In this document: positions 46,852 through 59,700 of the stretch, one piece after another
Layout of the letters: the number at the start of each line of letters is the position of its first letter
How positions within the stretch are numbered: the first letter of the stretch is position 1
Source of the DNA: Azolla caroliniana
Lineage: Eukaryota > Plantae > Polypodiophyta
Direction of reading: 5' to 3'
DNA: 64,000 bases
Assembly (NCBI GenBank): GCA_043228905.1
Contig: JBHGNT010000010.1
Coordinates: 8,122,001-8,186,000 of the forward strand
Notes under the pieces: model-generated
Databases searched by the model: none
Told to the model about the DNA's origin: nothing
The model's input: only the letters and a program-made list of their open reading frames with translations
Translations under genes and position numbers: made by a program

Positions 46852-49696
46852 AGGGTCTATGCCATAGAACAAGTGGTATGATGAGGATTGTAGAGAGTTG
46901 TATAGACAACTTAAGGTGTCACGACTTCGTGGTACTATTTCCTCAGCACGGGCTCACAAAGAGATGTGCAAGATGACACGTCATAAAAGATGAGCTTGGG
47001 AAGCATCTCAATATTGGGAACTCTACCATATGTTCATGAGTAGGGATTGCGCCCTTGCATGGAAGAGACTACGGGAACCGAGACCACAAACACCCATCGA
47101 GGATCCCAATATTTGGCACACATATATTGAGAGATTCTACCATGTCCCGAACCAACCACCCATTCCAATGCCTTCCACACCTCGACCTACCATGGGGACA
47201 CTTTTCACGACCTCTAGGGTCACGAAGGTCATAAAAAAGTTACAACATAGGAAATCCATGGACCACGCAGGATTGCAAGCCGAGCACATCATATATGCTC
47301 AAGAGTGCCTAGCCCCCCTTCTCACTCTAATCTTCAACCGTGCCCTCGCCGAGGGTTTTCCACCACAATGGACCATGAACACAGTGGCCCCTATACATAA
47401 AGGAGGGGACCCAATGGACCCAAATACATATAGGACCATTATGATAGGTCATACGCTCGCTAAACTATATGGTGCAATAATGGAAGCGGAGCTCAGCGAT
47501 TATATGGAAACATTAAGTCTTCGCGCACCTGAGCAGGCTGGCTTTAGACGAGCCTTCTCCACTATTGACCATATCTTCACACTTAGGTGCTTAATTGACC
47601 AGACGAAGGCTCGTAAGAAGAAACTATATTGTTGCTTTGTGGACTTCCGGAAAGCCTTTGACATGGTTCCTAGCGAGAGGTTGTTTGATAGACTTAAAAG
47701 CTTGGAGATACCAAATGACATGATCTGGGCCATTTATGCCTTATATGAGCAAGTCTCTAGGTGCGTACGATGCCCAGGTGGCCTATTCGATTGTTTCACT
47801 AGCACCATTGGTGTAAAACAGGGTTGCCCCTTGTCACCGACTCTTTTTGGGATCTACATTGATGAGATCAGTGATTTTATTGCTCGAAAGGTAGGCAAGG
47901 GAGTAGTTATTGGGGATACGCAAGTTAGTCTCTTACTCTACGTAGACGACATTGCCTTGCTCTCAGAGTCGGAACACGACCTACAAAAGCATCTTAATGC
48001 CCTAGATGACTTTGTACACAACGAGGACTGTTAGTGAATCTAACGAAAACTAAAGTCCTTATCTTTCATACATCGTCCCGAGTTAGGAGTAAATATCACC
48101 TAACCCTCTCTCATAAACTAGTTGAGGTAGTGGGATCATATGTATACTTGGGAATCACTTTTAGTGCTCGCTCAGGTAAATTCTCGATGACCTAGGCAGC
48201 CAAAGATAGACTAACGAGAGGATATGCACCCCTCTCACTCTTAGAGAGACAATGCCACCAGGCATACTTTCAAGAGCCACGGACTAAGGGATGGCTCTTC
48301 GACTCATTAGTGACCCCTTCCCTCATGTATGCATCAGTAGTATGGGCTCTAGGTGTACCATCCTTCATGTGGACGCAATTAGAGAGACCTTTGGTGACGA
48401 TGTTATCACGTCAACTCCGAAGCAAATCGACAATACCGTATGACATTATTAGACCAGAGTTTAGTCTACCCCCAATGTTAGTAGAAGCACTCTTTCAAAT
48501 GGTAGTTTTTATTCATCGGATACATAGCCAACCACAAGATAGGATATCTCGTCGAGCCTTTGAGGCATCCCGATCCCTACATGCATCTGGAGACACTAGC
48601 TCTTGGTATAGCATTGTGGTGAGTTGGTTACTTGCAAACGGCATAGACATTAATAACCTACCTCCGTTTAACTACAACCATGGGACTGATCAAACTCTAA
48701 TCTCTCATGAAGGCCATAATAAAGTGATACGCCAAGAAATATGGCAAATTTACACTCGATATAAATGGTTCATCCCACGAGAGCCACTCCCATCTAAAAT
48801 GTTGTACTATAAGGAACACTTCTTGCACTTCTCTAAGTTAGGTTTTATTACACGACCAAGATATCTAGATACATTCTTATCAAATGCACTAAGGGTGGCC
48901 ATTGGACAACTTAGGATATCATCTTACCAACTTGAGATTGAGAATGGTCGAGCTAATAGAGTCCCTAGAGAGGAAAGGCTATGTAGGTTATGCCACATAG
49001 AGATGGAGGATGAGTATCACTTCACATGCAAGTGCCCAACTTATGCCGAGATACGGGCGGAATACCAAGACATATTAAGACCCTCTCCCACCCTCTCCAA
49101 ACTATTAGATACCCCGAGTGTAAAAAGACTAGATAGGTATATCTTAGAGCTAAAACAACATGGGGAGAATAAATTACAAAGTGTTAATCATAGCCCTTTT
49201 ACTATTCATCAACATGTAACTAGTGTAATTTTTCAGGAACAAGGGGAGACGATGAATGTAGATACACTTACGCCGCTCGGCCTCTCCCTTGAGGAAGCAG
49301 AAATACAAAGAACAACCAAATGCCCTCGGATGTTGGGCTTCAAAACAAGTCGACGTGGAGTAGAAAAGATTAAGAAGATAAGGGAACATGAGCTACGTCA
49401 ATTAGAAGCTATGGTTGGGGTACCTTTTACATTGGGACCACGGGCCACATCCACATCGCAACCCTTTGACCTCCCGCTTCTCTTCGAGAGACTTGGATGG
49501 AAATGAAATTAGGCCTAGTATAACATCTTTTCATTGTAGAACATGTTTTTTTTTAGAACTATTTTTTATCTTATTTTGATTTTTTTACTTTCGATGAATG
49601 GGTAAATATCCCATTTTTTGTAAACCATTTGTCTCATGGGCCAAATTTGGCCTTAGAAGATGTTAATATATCTTTCTTTCTTTCTTTCTTTCTTTC
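46852..49696 (+). mobile_element. 5'-truncated non-L1 LINE (RTEX/L2-like) with C-terminal CCHC finger and (TCTT)n tail
   Basis: KWYDEDC, EQAGFR, FVDFRKAFD, GVKQGCPLSPTLF, LLYVDD, YLGI; LRISSYQLEIENGR...PREERLCRLC..EDEYHF..C. Tail at 49670-49696. Confidence 0.85.
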
Positions 49697-49781
49697 TCAC
49701 ATCTGTGTGGTTTCCCTCTCTCTCTCTCTTGTCTATGTAATCTCCTATCTCCCTCCCTCTCTCTCTCACATCTGTGTGGTT

Positions 49782-49816
<35 letters not shown>

Positions 49817-50070
49817 GTTTGTGTAGTCTCCTATATCCCTCCCTCCCTCCATCTCTCACATCTGTGTGGTTCCCCCCCCCCCCCCCTCTCTCTCTCTCTC
49901 CTCGTCTGTGTAGTCTCCTATCTCCCTCCCTCCCTCCCTCCCTCCCTCCCTCCCTCTCTCTCTCTTTCTCCTCGTCTGTGTGGTCTCCCTCTGTCTCTCT
50001 CCTTTGTGTAGTCTCCCTCACACACACACTCTGTCTCTCACCTCTATGTAGTCTCTCTCTCTCTCTCTCT
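49697..50070. repeat. CT-rich compound micro/minisatellite
   Basis: Recurring CACATCTGTGTGGTT and GTGTAGTCTCC motifs interleaved with (CT)n and (CCCT)n. Confidence 0.85.
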
Positions 50071-50074
50071 CAAG

Positions 50075-50244
50075 TTTCTAAACGACTTAACCGATTTGAG
50101 CCAGTTTGGCAAGGCTCAAGCTAAGCCGAACCGAGCTCAAACCCTTTAGTCAAACTCAAACCTAAGCCGAGCCGAGCCGCTCAGCCGTTTTAAACCGGTT
50201 TAGCTAAACGGTTTAGGCTTGAGCCGAGTTGTTGTCGATCCCTA
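50075..50244. mobile_element. hAT-type (MITE) terminus
   Basis: Clustered GAGCC/AGCCG/GGCTC subterminal motifs ending ...GTTGTCGATCCCTA (TAGGG-type TIR). Partner end not found. Confidence 0.55.
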
Positions 50245-51299
50245 CTACAAATGCCTCCAACTAAAGCTTAAAAAAAAATTGCCCAAACTAAGAGTTATCT
50301 ATACTTACCATCCTAGAAGTTTGCAACTTGTAACATGTAAATTTTACATTTGTTCAAAGATTTAACATTCGAGAGCAACCAAACCTTTACTAATTTGAGA
50401 CGCCAATTCCGGTAATGATTCCTAAAAGAATGAATTAATACATCAACCATAGACTAACACATGCATGATATTCGTGATATTCTCCATGCGTGATATTCGC
50501 AAATATGAAATGACCCCAATAATATTATAAAACTATTAGTTTTGCAAAATAAATTTAAATAATAAAAATTAATTAAATTCACTAAAAACAGAACAACCAC
50601 TCATTAATGGATTATAAAAATATGGTTAGTGTCAAGTCTCCTTTTTAACGTTAAATATAAAAAAGGAGAGTTTATGAACCTTTATTCTTTATTTTTTATT
50701 GTTTTATTTTAAAATATGAATATTTCTACATCTATTATAGAAATACAATTAGTGTATAGTCCCCTATTTAATGTCAAATAAAAATATCCACAAATTTTGG
50801 GAGAGTAAAAAGTGGAGAATTAATGAAACGAATACTGTTTTTACATCTACTATAAAAATATTATCAGTGTCAAGTCCCCTTTTTATTGTGAAGTCCCCTT
50901 TTTTATATCTAGAAGACTAAAACGGAGGGAGTTTATGAACTCTCTTTTTATTTTCTTTTTTACAAATACTTTGTTATGCATTCGTATTCGTATGCATTCT
51001 TGGGGGAGGCCCCACGAATGTGAATATATCAATCTATGTTATCAACAACAACCCAAATTGAACATTGTTGTTTCAATAAATCATTATAATCGTCAACAAG
51101 AACCCATTCCATCACATGCAGAAAATTTCTTAAAAAAGATTGGTACATGTGTCATCAAAGCAAGCGTTGTTCTAACGATCGAAAAACCACGTATAAACCT
51201 CTTGGACCTGTATATACATGCTCAATATAATTAGGCTTATAAATTAATTCAATCACCACTTAATCTGTGATAACAAAGGAGTTTACAATTGAAATACAA

Positions 51300-51810
51300 A
51301 ATAACATAGTGGTCATAAAACCTGTCAAATATTGTTAGCATGGACTAGGTCTCCGTCACCACATCCTCTTCAACACAATCCTTAACATCTTTCTTGTTTT
51401 TTTATAAATTAAGAAAGCACAACATTAACATAATCACAATTGTCAACATCATCCCCAACTACATCTTTTCCACCAACAATTGCAACAAACAATGCCTTCT
51501 AATAATCTATAAAATCAATACATTTTTGCCATTTGAAATTTTCATAACGCTCATCACTACCATAGCCATGGATGGACAAGCATCAACCTACTTCATGTTG
51601 CCATGTAAGACATCATAACACTGATTGAAAACATACCTGAAGCAAAGATGATTTTCTTTGTAACTTTTTGTAGCAACCATGAAACTTCCCGTACAAATAA
51701 TCCTTGGAAAACTCTACAAAGAAGCTTCATAACAAGCCAAAGATCATAGAAAATGGAATATTGAGCATATTGTTACATCAAAAAAACATTCATAACACTA
51801 TGATTGGTAA

Positions 51811-51849
<39 letters not shown>

Positions 51850-53000
51850 AGTCAACACATACATACGATGCAAAAGTTATATACCGAGTTTTATAACATG
51901 AGAGTACTATATAAGATTATATATATTACAAATAGGAGTAAAATTAGCACAATGGACGCAAGTTAAACTAAATGAAGTATAAGCTTCAAAGACAAAGTCT
52001 ATCTTTCGTTAATCATAATATGAAGTGTAATTCATAAGCCTTAGCCTAATTTATGGATAATACGTTATATGTTTAATCATAAACATTTATTGATATACTT
52101 ACCATGTGAGGAATTTAATCACTACATACTAGAAGAAACATATATTTCCAATAGAGTAATGCAACAACTATATTTATACCATTTCTATGTTACAACATCA
52201 AAACGACCCCTTCATATATGAAAACTACTTGAGTTTTTCTTAATATCAAAACTACCCTTAACCAGAACCATAGAAAGATTATCAAACACTTTCCTTGAAC
52301 ATGGGCCTTCATAAAAGGGAAAGAGTAAAGATGAAGCATGTGATTCATAAAACAAATCTGAACTTAATACCATGCACAATTAACCTTGAGTTCTTGAGCT
52401 TTTCATTTTTATCAAGGTCTTTACAAGTCACAACAAACAAAAAGATCCCCACAAACTATCTAAGATTTGATTTGGATATAGTTTTGTGATTCTAAAGCTT
52501 TACCCATATGCTAGGGTTATTTTATGGTATTTACCTCTACTATTAACCACGTTTCTCATAATTGTATTTGAAGTTGGGAAGCCGGACACCATATTCATTA
52601 AATTCAATAGCTTTCTCGAAAATACAAGGCAACAAAATTTGTAGATATAGCCAAGGGGTTCCCTATGTGCTTAGCGACAAAATTTCGTCATCTTGAACAA
52701 ATAAAGTTGAAACTTCCCATGTACACATTTTCCTATGTGTCACATTAGCTTTGAGAAGCATCTAATGTAATTGGAATTCAAATGTGAGGAAAACTTTATA
52801 TTGCAAGGTTATCACCTTCAGATTTCAGAACTTGAAGAAATATTAAACAAGTCCTCGTGCGTTTACATTTTGAGCCCATTACACCCTTAAGCTCGTTGAC
52901 CCATGGCATGGTATGCATGTAGGTGTATTCTACATTTGTTAATGAATCATAACTTGCATCGTGGTTGAAATTTAACCACTTAAAATGACACATCTATTAT
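51300..53000 (-). pseudogene. Possible highly decayed hAT transposase
   Basis: Faint BED-finger-like segment (CHF...SY....H...KGV...C, 52796-52993). Otherwise weak. Confidence 0.25.
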
Positions 53001-53099
53001 ATGCGACAGAGTATAAACACACATTTTTCTAATGGGTAGGCCATTACAGTTTCTCTAGCATTATCAATGAGTGTTTTAAGTGCTTATGCGGTGCATGCA

Positions 53100-53112
53100 C
53101 ACACTCAATCAA

Positions 53113-53148
<36 letters not shown>

Positions 53149-53691
53149 TGCCAGCAATCCATGTGGTGGGTTGGATATATTAAAAATATTGCATCTCATG
53201 AGCTTATATCAAACACCTTTAAAGGCTTACCTATGCATGAGTAAGCAAAAGGTGAACCATCAATACTTAAACCAATTAAAACCGACAGGAATCCGTAGCA
53301 GCTCTCTCAAACTATGCGAGTTAGATTGTTTGACACAATGGTATTTGTTCTCTTTTTGTGACCAAGCGTGCCCACAGAGCCAAGGTGTGTGTGTGTGTGT
53401 GGGGGGGGGAGGCGATGCCGATTTTTTTTGTTCGGGACTCTTTCTGCTACCTGGAGTGCTCACCGAGTCAGATGGGTGCATTTTTTGGCAGAGGGCCGAG
53501 ACGTAGGACGATGCGTTGGCCGGCAGAGGCTATCCATTAGAGGCAGAGGCCATCTATGTGGAGGCCGAGAACGAAGGAACTCTCTTAAGTTTGACTTGTT
53601 CACACCCACACCCACACCCACACCCACACCCACACCCACACCCACACCCACACCCACAGGGCCACGGCCCACACCCTCTCCCTCGCACACA

Positions 53692-53761
<70 letters not shown>

Positions 53762-53886
53762 CCCCCTCTTGTTTTTTTTGGGTAAAAACACACAATTATA
53801 TTAATAAATGTGTGAAAAACACTACTTACTTACAATGGGTATCATAATAGCGTATGGTCAGTGGTAACCCCCACTAACTACATACA

Positions 53887-53934
<48 letters not shown>

Positions 53935-54060
53935 ACAGACACAATGCATGTACATACATACATGTATGTGCATGTGCAGGATCCAGACCATTTTGTCGTC
54001 ATCTATGTATGTATGTTATGTTATGTATGTATGTATGTTATGTATGTATGTATGTAGCTT
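53100..54060. repeat. Microsatellite cluster upstream of the bZIP gene
   Basis: (CA)n at 53115 and 53685-53757, (CACACC)n at 53601-53657, (CT)n(CA)n at 53887, (TATG)n at 54003-54056. Confidence 0.95.
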
Positions 54061-54170
54061 CTGCCTCCTCACCCTCCCCATCGCTCTGTGCTCTCAGGGA
54101 ATCCTGCCTGCTGGATTTCTCCAGGGTCCCCCCCCCCCCCCACCCCTCTCCCTTTGAATCTGAAGAAAAA

Positions 54171-54326
54171 ATTAGGGTTCCCTCCCTAACCTGTGGTATC
54201 TATGTATCATTAGGGTTCCCTCCCAACCTGAAGGAAAGATAGGAGGATTCCCTCCCCCCCCTCCCAATCTGAAATAACATTAGGGTTCCCTACCCCCTCC
54301 CAATCTGTAGTAAAATTAGGGTTCCA
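54171..54326 (+). promoter_or_regulatory. Four ATTAGGGTTCC (telo-box-like) repeats just 5' of the bZIP ATG
   Basis: Copies at 54171, 54209, 54279 and 54316, within ~37-bp imperfect units. Confidence 0.5.
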
Positions 54327-54336
54327 TCCGAGTGCC

Positions 54337-55329
54337 ATGCTCTCCTCCTCCTCCTCGGCGGCTGCAGCAGCTGCTGCTGCTGCTGCCGCCGCCGCCGCCG
54401 CCGCCGCATCATCAGAGCAGCTGTCCCGGCAGCCATCGATATACACTCTGACGCTGGCAGAGCTTCAGAATGCGATGAGCCATGATCCCAGCAAGAGTTT
54501 GGGCAGCATGAACATGGAAGAATTCATGAGGAACCTCTGGACTGCCGAGGAAAGCCAAGCTATGGCGGCCGCCATGTCCAACGCCACCGCCTTCCATATC
54601 GTCAATGATCATCACAACAGCACCAACAACAACAATAGCATGAGTATGAATAGCGTGCTTGCCAGACAGTCGAGTTTACAAAGGCTCATGTCTCTGCCGC
54701 CCGAGCTTAGCAGGAACACAGTGGAAGAGGTATGGAAAGACATTCAGAGGCAGAAGGTTGTAGCTGAGGCTTCGCTCCTTCAGCCTAGACGAGAAGATAC
54801 TATGGCAGAAATGACCCTGGAAGACTTCTTGGCTAGGGTGGGTATGGTTAGAGATGAACTCGATTCGAGCTCACACATAACCGATACTGGGAATGGTTCC
54901 ATGACTTCTTCCATGTATATTACCCCCCCTGTCTCAGGTGGAAGCACTCATTCGGCTTCCATGGATCAATCTCTCACATCACATGCAGATTGGATGAGCT
55001 ATAATGCATCTCAACAGCCACAACACCAACAGCATCACCATCATCAACAGAAATTGGTGCAGAAGACTGAGCATTTGGGTTTACATCGCAGCCCTATGAT
55101 GCTTTCTACAGGTACCCCTTTGTATAATGATAGGTTGGAAGATGATTTACCAGACCATAGCCTCACGAGCACCCTTGCGCTCTCCCCTTCTGCCTCGGAT
55201 TACACTCTCTCTGGCAGCCGCAAGAGATTTGCATCTGACGGGATTGTCTATGAGAAAACGGTGGAAAGAAGGCAGAAACGGATGATAAAAAACAGAGAAT
55301 CTGCTGCCAGATCCAGAGCTAGAAAGCAG
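54337..55329 (+). CDS. ABI5/ABF (group A) bZIP transcription factor, coding exon 1
   Basis: C1 LSRQPSIYTLTL...GSMNMEEF, C2 LARQSSL...TVEEVWKDI, C3 EMTLEDFL, basic region ERRQKRMIKNRESAARSRARKQ. Donor CAG|GTATGG. Confidence 0.93.
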
Positions 55330-55407
55330 GTATGGAAACTCTCGTCTAGCATGCTGATTGGTATCTTAAAAGATTCTGTGTGCATGAATATTGCTTGTTT
55401 TCTTCAG

Positions 55408-55479
55408 GCTTATACTGTAGAATTAGAGACTGAGGTAACTCTATTGAAGGAGGAGAACGCTAAGCTCAAGCAACAGCAG
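55408..55479 (+). CDS. ABI5/ABF-like bZIP exon 2 (leucine zipper)
   Basis: TTCTTCAG|GCTTATACT...CAG|GTGGG. The 72-bp AYTVELE...EEN..LK exon typical of the family. Confidence 0.9.
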
Positions 55480-55969
55480 GTGGGCTTAATATTACAACAA
55501 GATCTAAATTTTTATCTAATAATCTATATGTATACCACATGTATTTATCTATATGAATGTATGTGTGTGTAATATTAGCCGTGCACATCAATCTATGTCT
55601 GGATGATTGATAAGTAATTGTTGTTAGAAATCATGAGGGTCTTTACTCCATGATATATAGAGCGGGGCATATAATTATTGTCAGAAATCACGAGTCTTTA
55701 CTTTATGGTAAGTAGAGAGAGGGCGTATACAGATGCAAAAGGGAGAGAGCTCAGGGATATGATGGATAAATTAAGCTGTGATGATAGGAATAATAAGGTG
55801 CTACAGAAATCTGCTTTATGTAGAGTAAGTAAGTAGAATAAAGGAAGAAAGAAAGATATACTAATATCTCTAAAAGACCAGAGTGGCTTATGAGAGCTGA
55901 CAAACATTATAACTGTTTATGTTGACTTATCAATTTGAGTGACTAAAGAAAAATGTTTTCCTACTGTAG

Positions 55970-56020
55970 CTTCCTATAACTAAATGGGTTGAAGTTGCTT
56001 CAAAAGCATGCAACAAACAG
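55970..56020 (+). CDS. Candidate bZIP exon 3
   Basis: TTTTCCTACTGTAG| 51 nt, phase 0, stop-free (LPITKWVEVASKACNKQ) |GTCTGG. The family has a short exon at this position. Confidence 0.5.
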
Positions 56021-57599
56021 GTCTGGTATTTGATCATTGGGGCTAGTGATATTCATGACGAATAGTAATGGCTTTTTAGTTATCAGGACTCCTTAAAGTC
56101 TCCATTCTACTTTGGCCTGGAGGTTTGCGTGTACATTGTGAGGAGTATCCCTAATCATATACTTGCAGAAGAAATCTATTTAAGTTCTCCACCCAGGTGG
56201 ATCAGCAAGAAAATAGTATTATGTGGGATAAATCCCTGAAACTTCCAACATTTCTAATCACTATTAACCCATATATGCCAAGACAGTGGAATCACACATT
56301 ACCCGAATGATTTAATCATTGTGTGCTTCATGATTATCATTTATGCACATAAGCCTACTTGGGGCTAAAGTAATTGATGCATTTCAAAGCTCGTCTTTTG
56401 TATACGCAGTAAGGTGAATAGAATCTAGGAGCCTGGAACCCTAATTATGTGAAGAAGGTAAAACTGGGTCTCTATGAAGAGAGTGACGTTAAAAATTGCA
56501 TGAGGATTCTGAGGAGATCATTTTGAAATTGAAGGATAGAATTATTCAGGTCATCTTTTTATGCTGGTCCCAATCAATTTTCCTAACCTACAATTTATTT
56601 TGGAAGACTTCGTAGCAATTAGATATTTAGCTCTATGTGCCTTTTTAATATTTATGCATCTTACTCATTCTACTATGTGTATCATGCTACAAATTTCCTT
56701 AGAATGGGCTTATTGGAATTTTCATATGAATTTGATGTTCACTTTCTTTTGTGACCTTCCATGTCATGGGAGACATAGCAAGCATATGATAGGTGTTGCA
56801 AGGAGATTCAAGAAACCGACAAGGATCGGGGGAATGTGAGCTGAGTGTGAATGGACTATATAGTTCAATGAACCCAGAAATCTACCCATGCAAAATAAAA
56901 ATAGGTTGCAAATGACTTGTGGTACCTTGGTAGGTAGGATGTTAGAAATCCAGAACTTCTGAAACTGGAAATTATAAATGCAGTCAATGGGTTACATATT
57001 ATAAGAATGATATTGTGTAGGCTATAGCCATAGCAGATCTATCAGAGTTTGGGGTATGGTCACACCTTATGCACATGACAGGTGCAAATTTCTGTTCCTG
57101 TTGATGTCAAAAAGCCAAATGAACTTCTGAAACTGGAAATTGTAGTTGCAGACGATGACTAACTTGCAAGGATATGATTATATGAGGACAAAAGCATACT
57201 AGATGTAACATAGTTTTGGTTGATTAGCCACATCTTGCATGTGTGATAGGTGCCATTTTCTGTTGCTGCAGGAACGCACTCAGAGAGTATCTGAAATAAA
57301 CATTGTCCCTTAAGAAAAGAATGTATCTAGCCATGGAGCAGGCTGCAAAATCAAAGTCACCTTTTTAGCAGAGAGTACAAAGAGGGGCTATACATTCATC
57401 TATCATAGGAGGCACTGGCAAACAGCCCATTAGAAACTGTTGAAACTCATGCCAAAGTGGCTGATGATGCATACTCAGATTATGGTGAACCTAAGCTTCT
57501 AGAAAGGAAAATTGTTTGCATCAGCATTCACTACATCCACAATATTATTAAGGGCATTTCAAAACAATATTTGTGATGAGGCTGTAGTTTAGGTAACAG

Positions 57600-59700
57600 C
57601 TTGGAAAGAATGGCGCCCAACGTAACCTTTCAAGATGCATTAATCTCCAAGATTTCTGTTGTGATTTGCCTAGTTCATGTGTTCAGCACTTTTTTACCAG
57701 CAAGTAATCAAACTAGTGGTAAAAGGGCGTTGTGGTATTTAATCGATTTGCTGAATATACGATGGCATGGTCCGATGTTCAAACTTGTTCTGTGTCAAGG
57801 CCAATATACAAAGCTCCAAGCTTTAAGCCCATGGCTTCATTTCTGTTTTGCGAAATCATTAAGTATAGTAGCTTTTTGGGCCCAAACATGAAAACGAATA
57901 TCCAAAATATTGAGACCTCCTTGCATACAAGGCATATATAGCCTATCTATTCACAAGTTTTGAGTTTTTTTCCCATTGTATTGGGATTGCTAGAATTGCT
58001 CAAGTATATGTGACACTCTAGTTGCTTCAAAATTTAATATATGCAGTAAGAACAGATTTTACTACCTTAAGTCATGCATGTGTGGGCCATGTTATTAATT
58101 TTCAGTATTGGGCTTACACATGATCTTCTCTAACGTATTATTCACTTGATCTCTTGCTGATACCCAAGATGCCACGTTCTGTCGAAATTTAGTTACAACT
58201 GATGCAAGGCAATTGCATACAATGAAGCTCAAGTGGATGTCCTTGTTTGACCAAATTTCTGAGAGGCCGGGAATCTGTTAGTTTGCCTTCTAAGATCTAT
58301 GAGGATTCAGTGCCATAGTATACACCTATACTATATGTTCAAACATTTCTTGGAAGCCAAGCTTCAACATACATTTTTCTATTCAATGGCCTCATGTCGT
58401 GAAAGTACAGATATCATCATGGCAACCAACTAATCCCAACCTGCATGTGGTAGAAATTCGATAATGACAGGAGAGGCAAAAACAGATGAGAAGTAAGCTG
58501 TATTCCTATGCAAGCCCCCATTTATTCCTCACACAATCTGAATTCTGGCTCACAATCTTTCTTTATTGTATCGTTATGCCTAACACGATCGAGGGACCCA
58601 AATAAACTATTAGAGATACCATCCTTGTTTACGAAGAGGCGTTACTTTTCCAGTTTTCTGAGTGCTGGGTTTATTGTGATATACAATTATTTCTTCTGCT
58701 TCAGTTAAAGAAAATGCATCAAATTACTCATTGAACCATTGACAGGCATCCCCGAGCTATAGTTGCATGCTACTGGTTTCCCAACATTAACCAATTGCCA
58801 TTGTCCGGAATACATCTGCATGATAAAATGATACCATGCTATGCCAGATCACTTACAATTTCATATTGTAAAGGAGTAATTTTAATCTCTGACCATTAAT
58901 TGAACCAACTCTTGAGATAAATAATTATTGTTGAGGAAATGCTCTATCATATAAATCCTAAAATACAGATGCAACCACACAGGGTGATGGTCCGAAAAGA
59001 TACATTAAAAATCAATTCACATCTTACAAGTGAAGTCACCAAATTATTGAGTATTTGGAACATAACAGTGAATTCATTCCATTCTATCCATATCTAATGA
59101 ATCATTACAATCCACCAATCCATTTGGTTGATTGGATAGACGCGTTCTCATAACAATACCTGTATAAACCAAAACTCCATGGTTATACCAGGAGAACTCT
59201 TGAGAAGTGGATAACTTAGGATTTTTTTGCTAAGTACAGATCCATTACTCCGAAAAGTCCAGAAAGGTGATGGTTGAGGCGAGATTCCGCATTTTTAAAC
59301 CAAGAAATACCTGGTTTTCATTTCGGCTGCAAATGAAGCCGACGCCCATTGCACCTGCTCTGAATAATCCACCTTTAGCCATCGGTGTAACTGGACCTGG
59401 TAATTGAAGCTCAAAAACTGCGAGAAAGTGAATCCATGAACCCAAATATCTTACCCTTGAAGAGTTTCAACAAAACGTGCTGACCATGGCATTCAGCGGG
59501 AGCATCCGTATGCACACCCATATTCTGGCGTGTATGTGTGCAATATGCATGTACGCACACATCAAGTTGGTGAGGCCATGTCTGGTATACCTACCAAGAA
59601 CACAAAGATAAAATTTTAACTGTCCAATGAATAAGAGAGCAAGTTTCGATGAAATGCAAAGTCGCAAGTGCAATCTACCATAATCCCAAGCATCAGGTTA
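57600..59700 (-). pseudogene. Highly decayed L1 ORF2 remnant in the long bZIP intron
   Basis: Ordered minus-strand remnants KSSPG..EF (~59200), FRTITL (~58990), HG....RCIPDN (~58830). Boundaries uncertain. Confidence 0.45.

Noticed and set aside
50600-50960. Short degenerate repeats with Helitron-like TCTACTATA starts
   Set aside because: No 3' hairpin-CTRR end identified.
53368-53847. ORFs with (TP)n, (HT)n, (CV)n and (HP)n
   Set aside because: Pure microsatellite translations.
55480-55572. ORF-track C-terminus of the 411-aa bZIP (VGLILQQ...)
   Set aside because: Read-through into intron 2 past a canonical donor; the true C4 motif is at 60602-60679.
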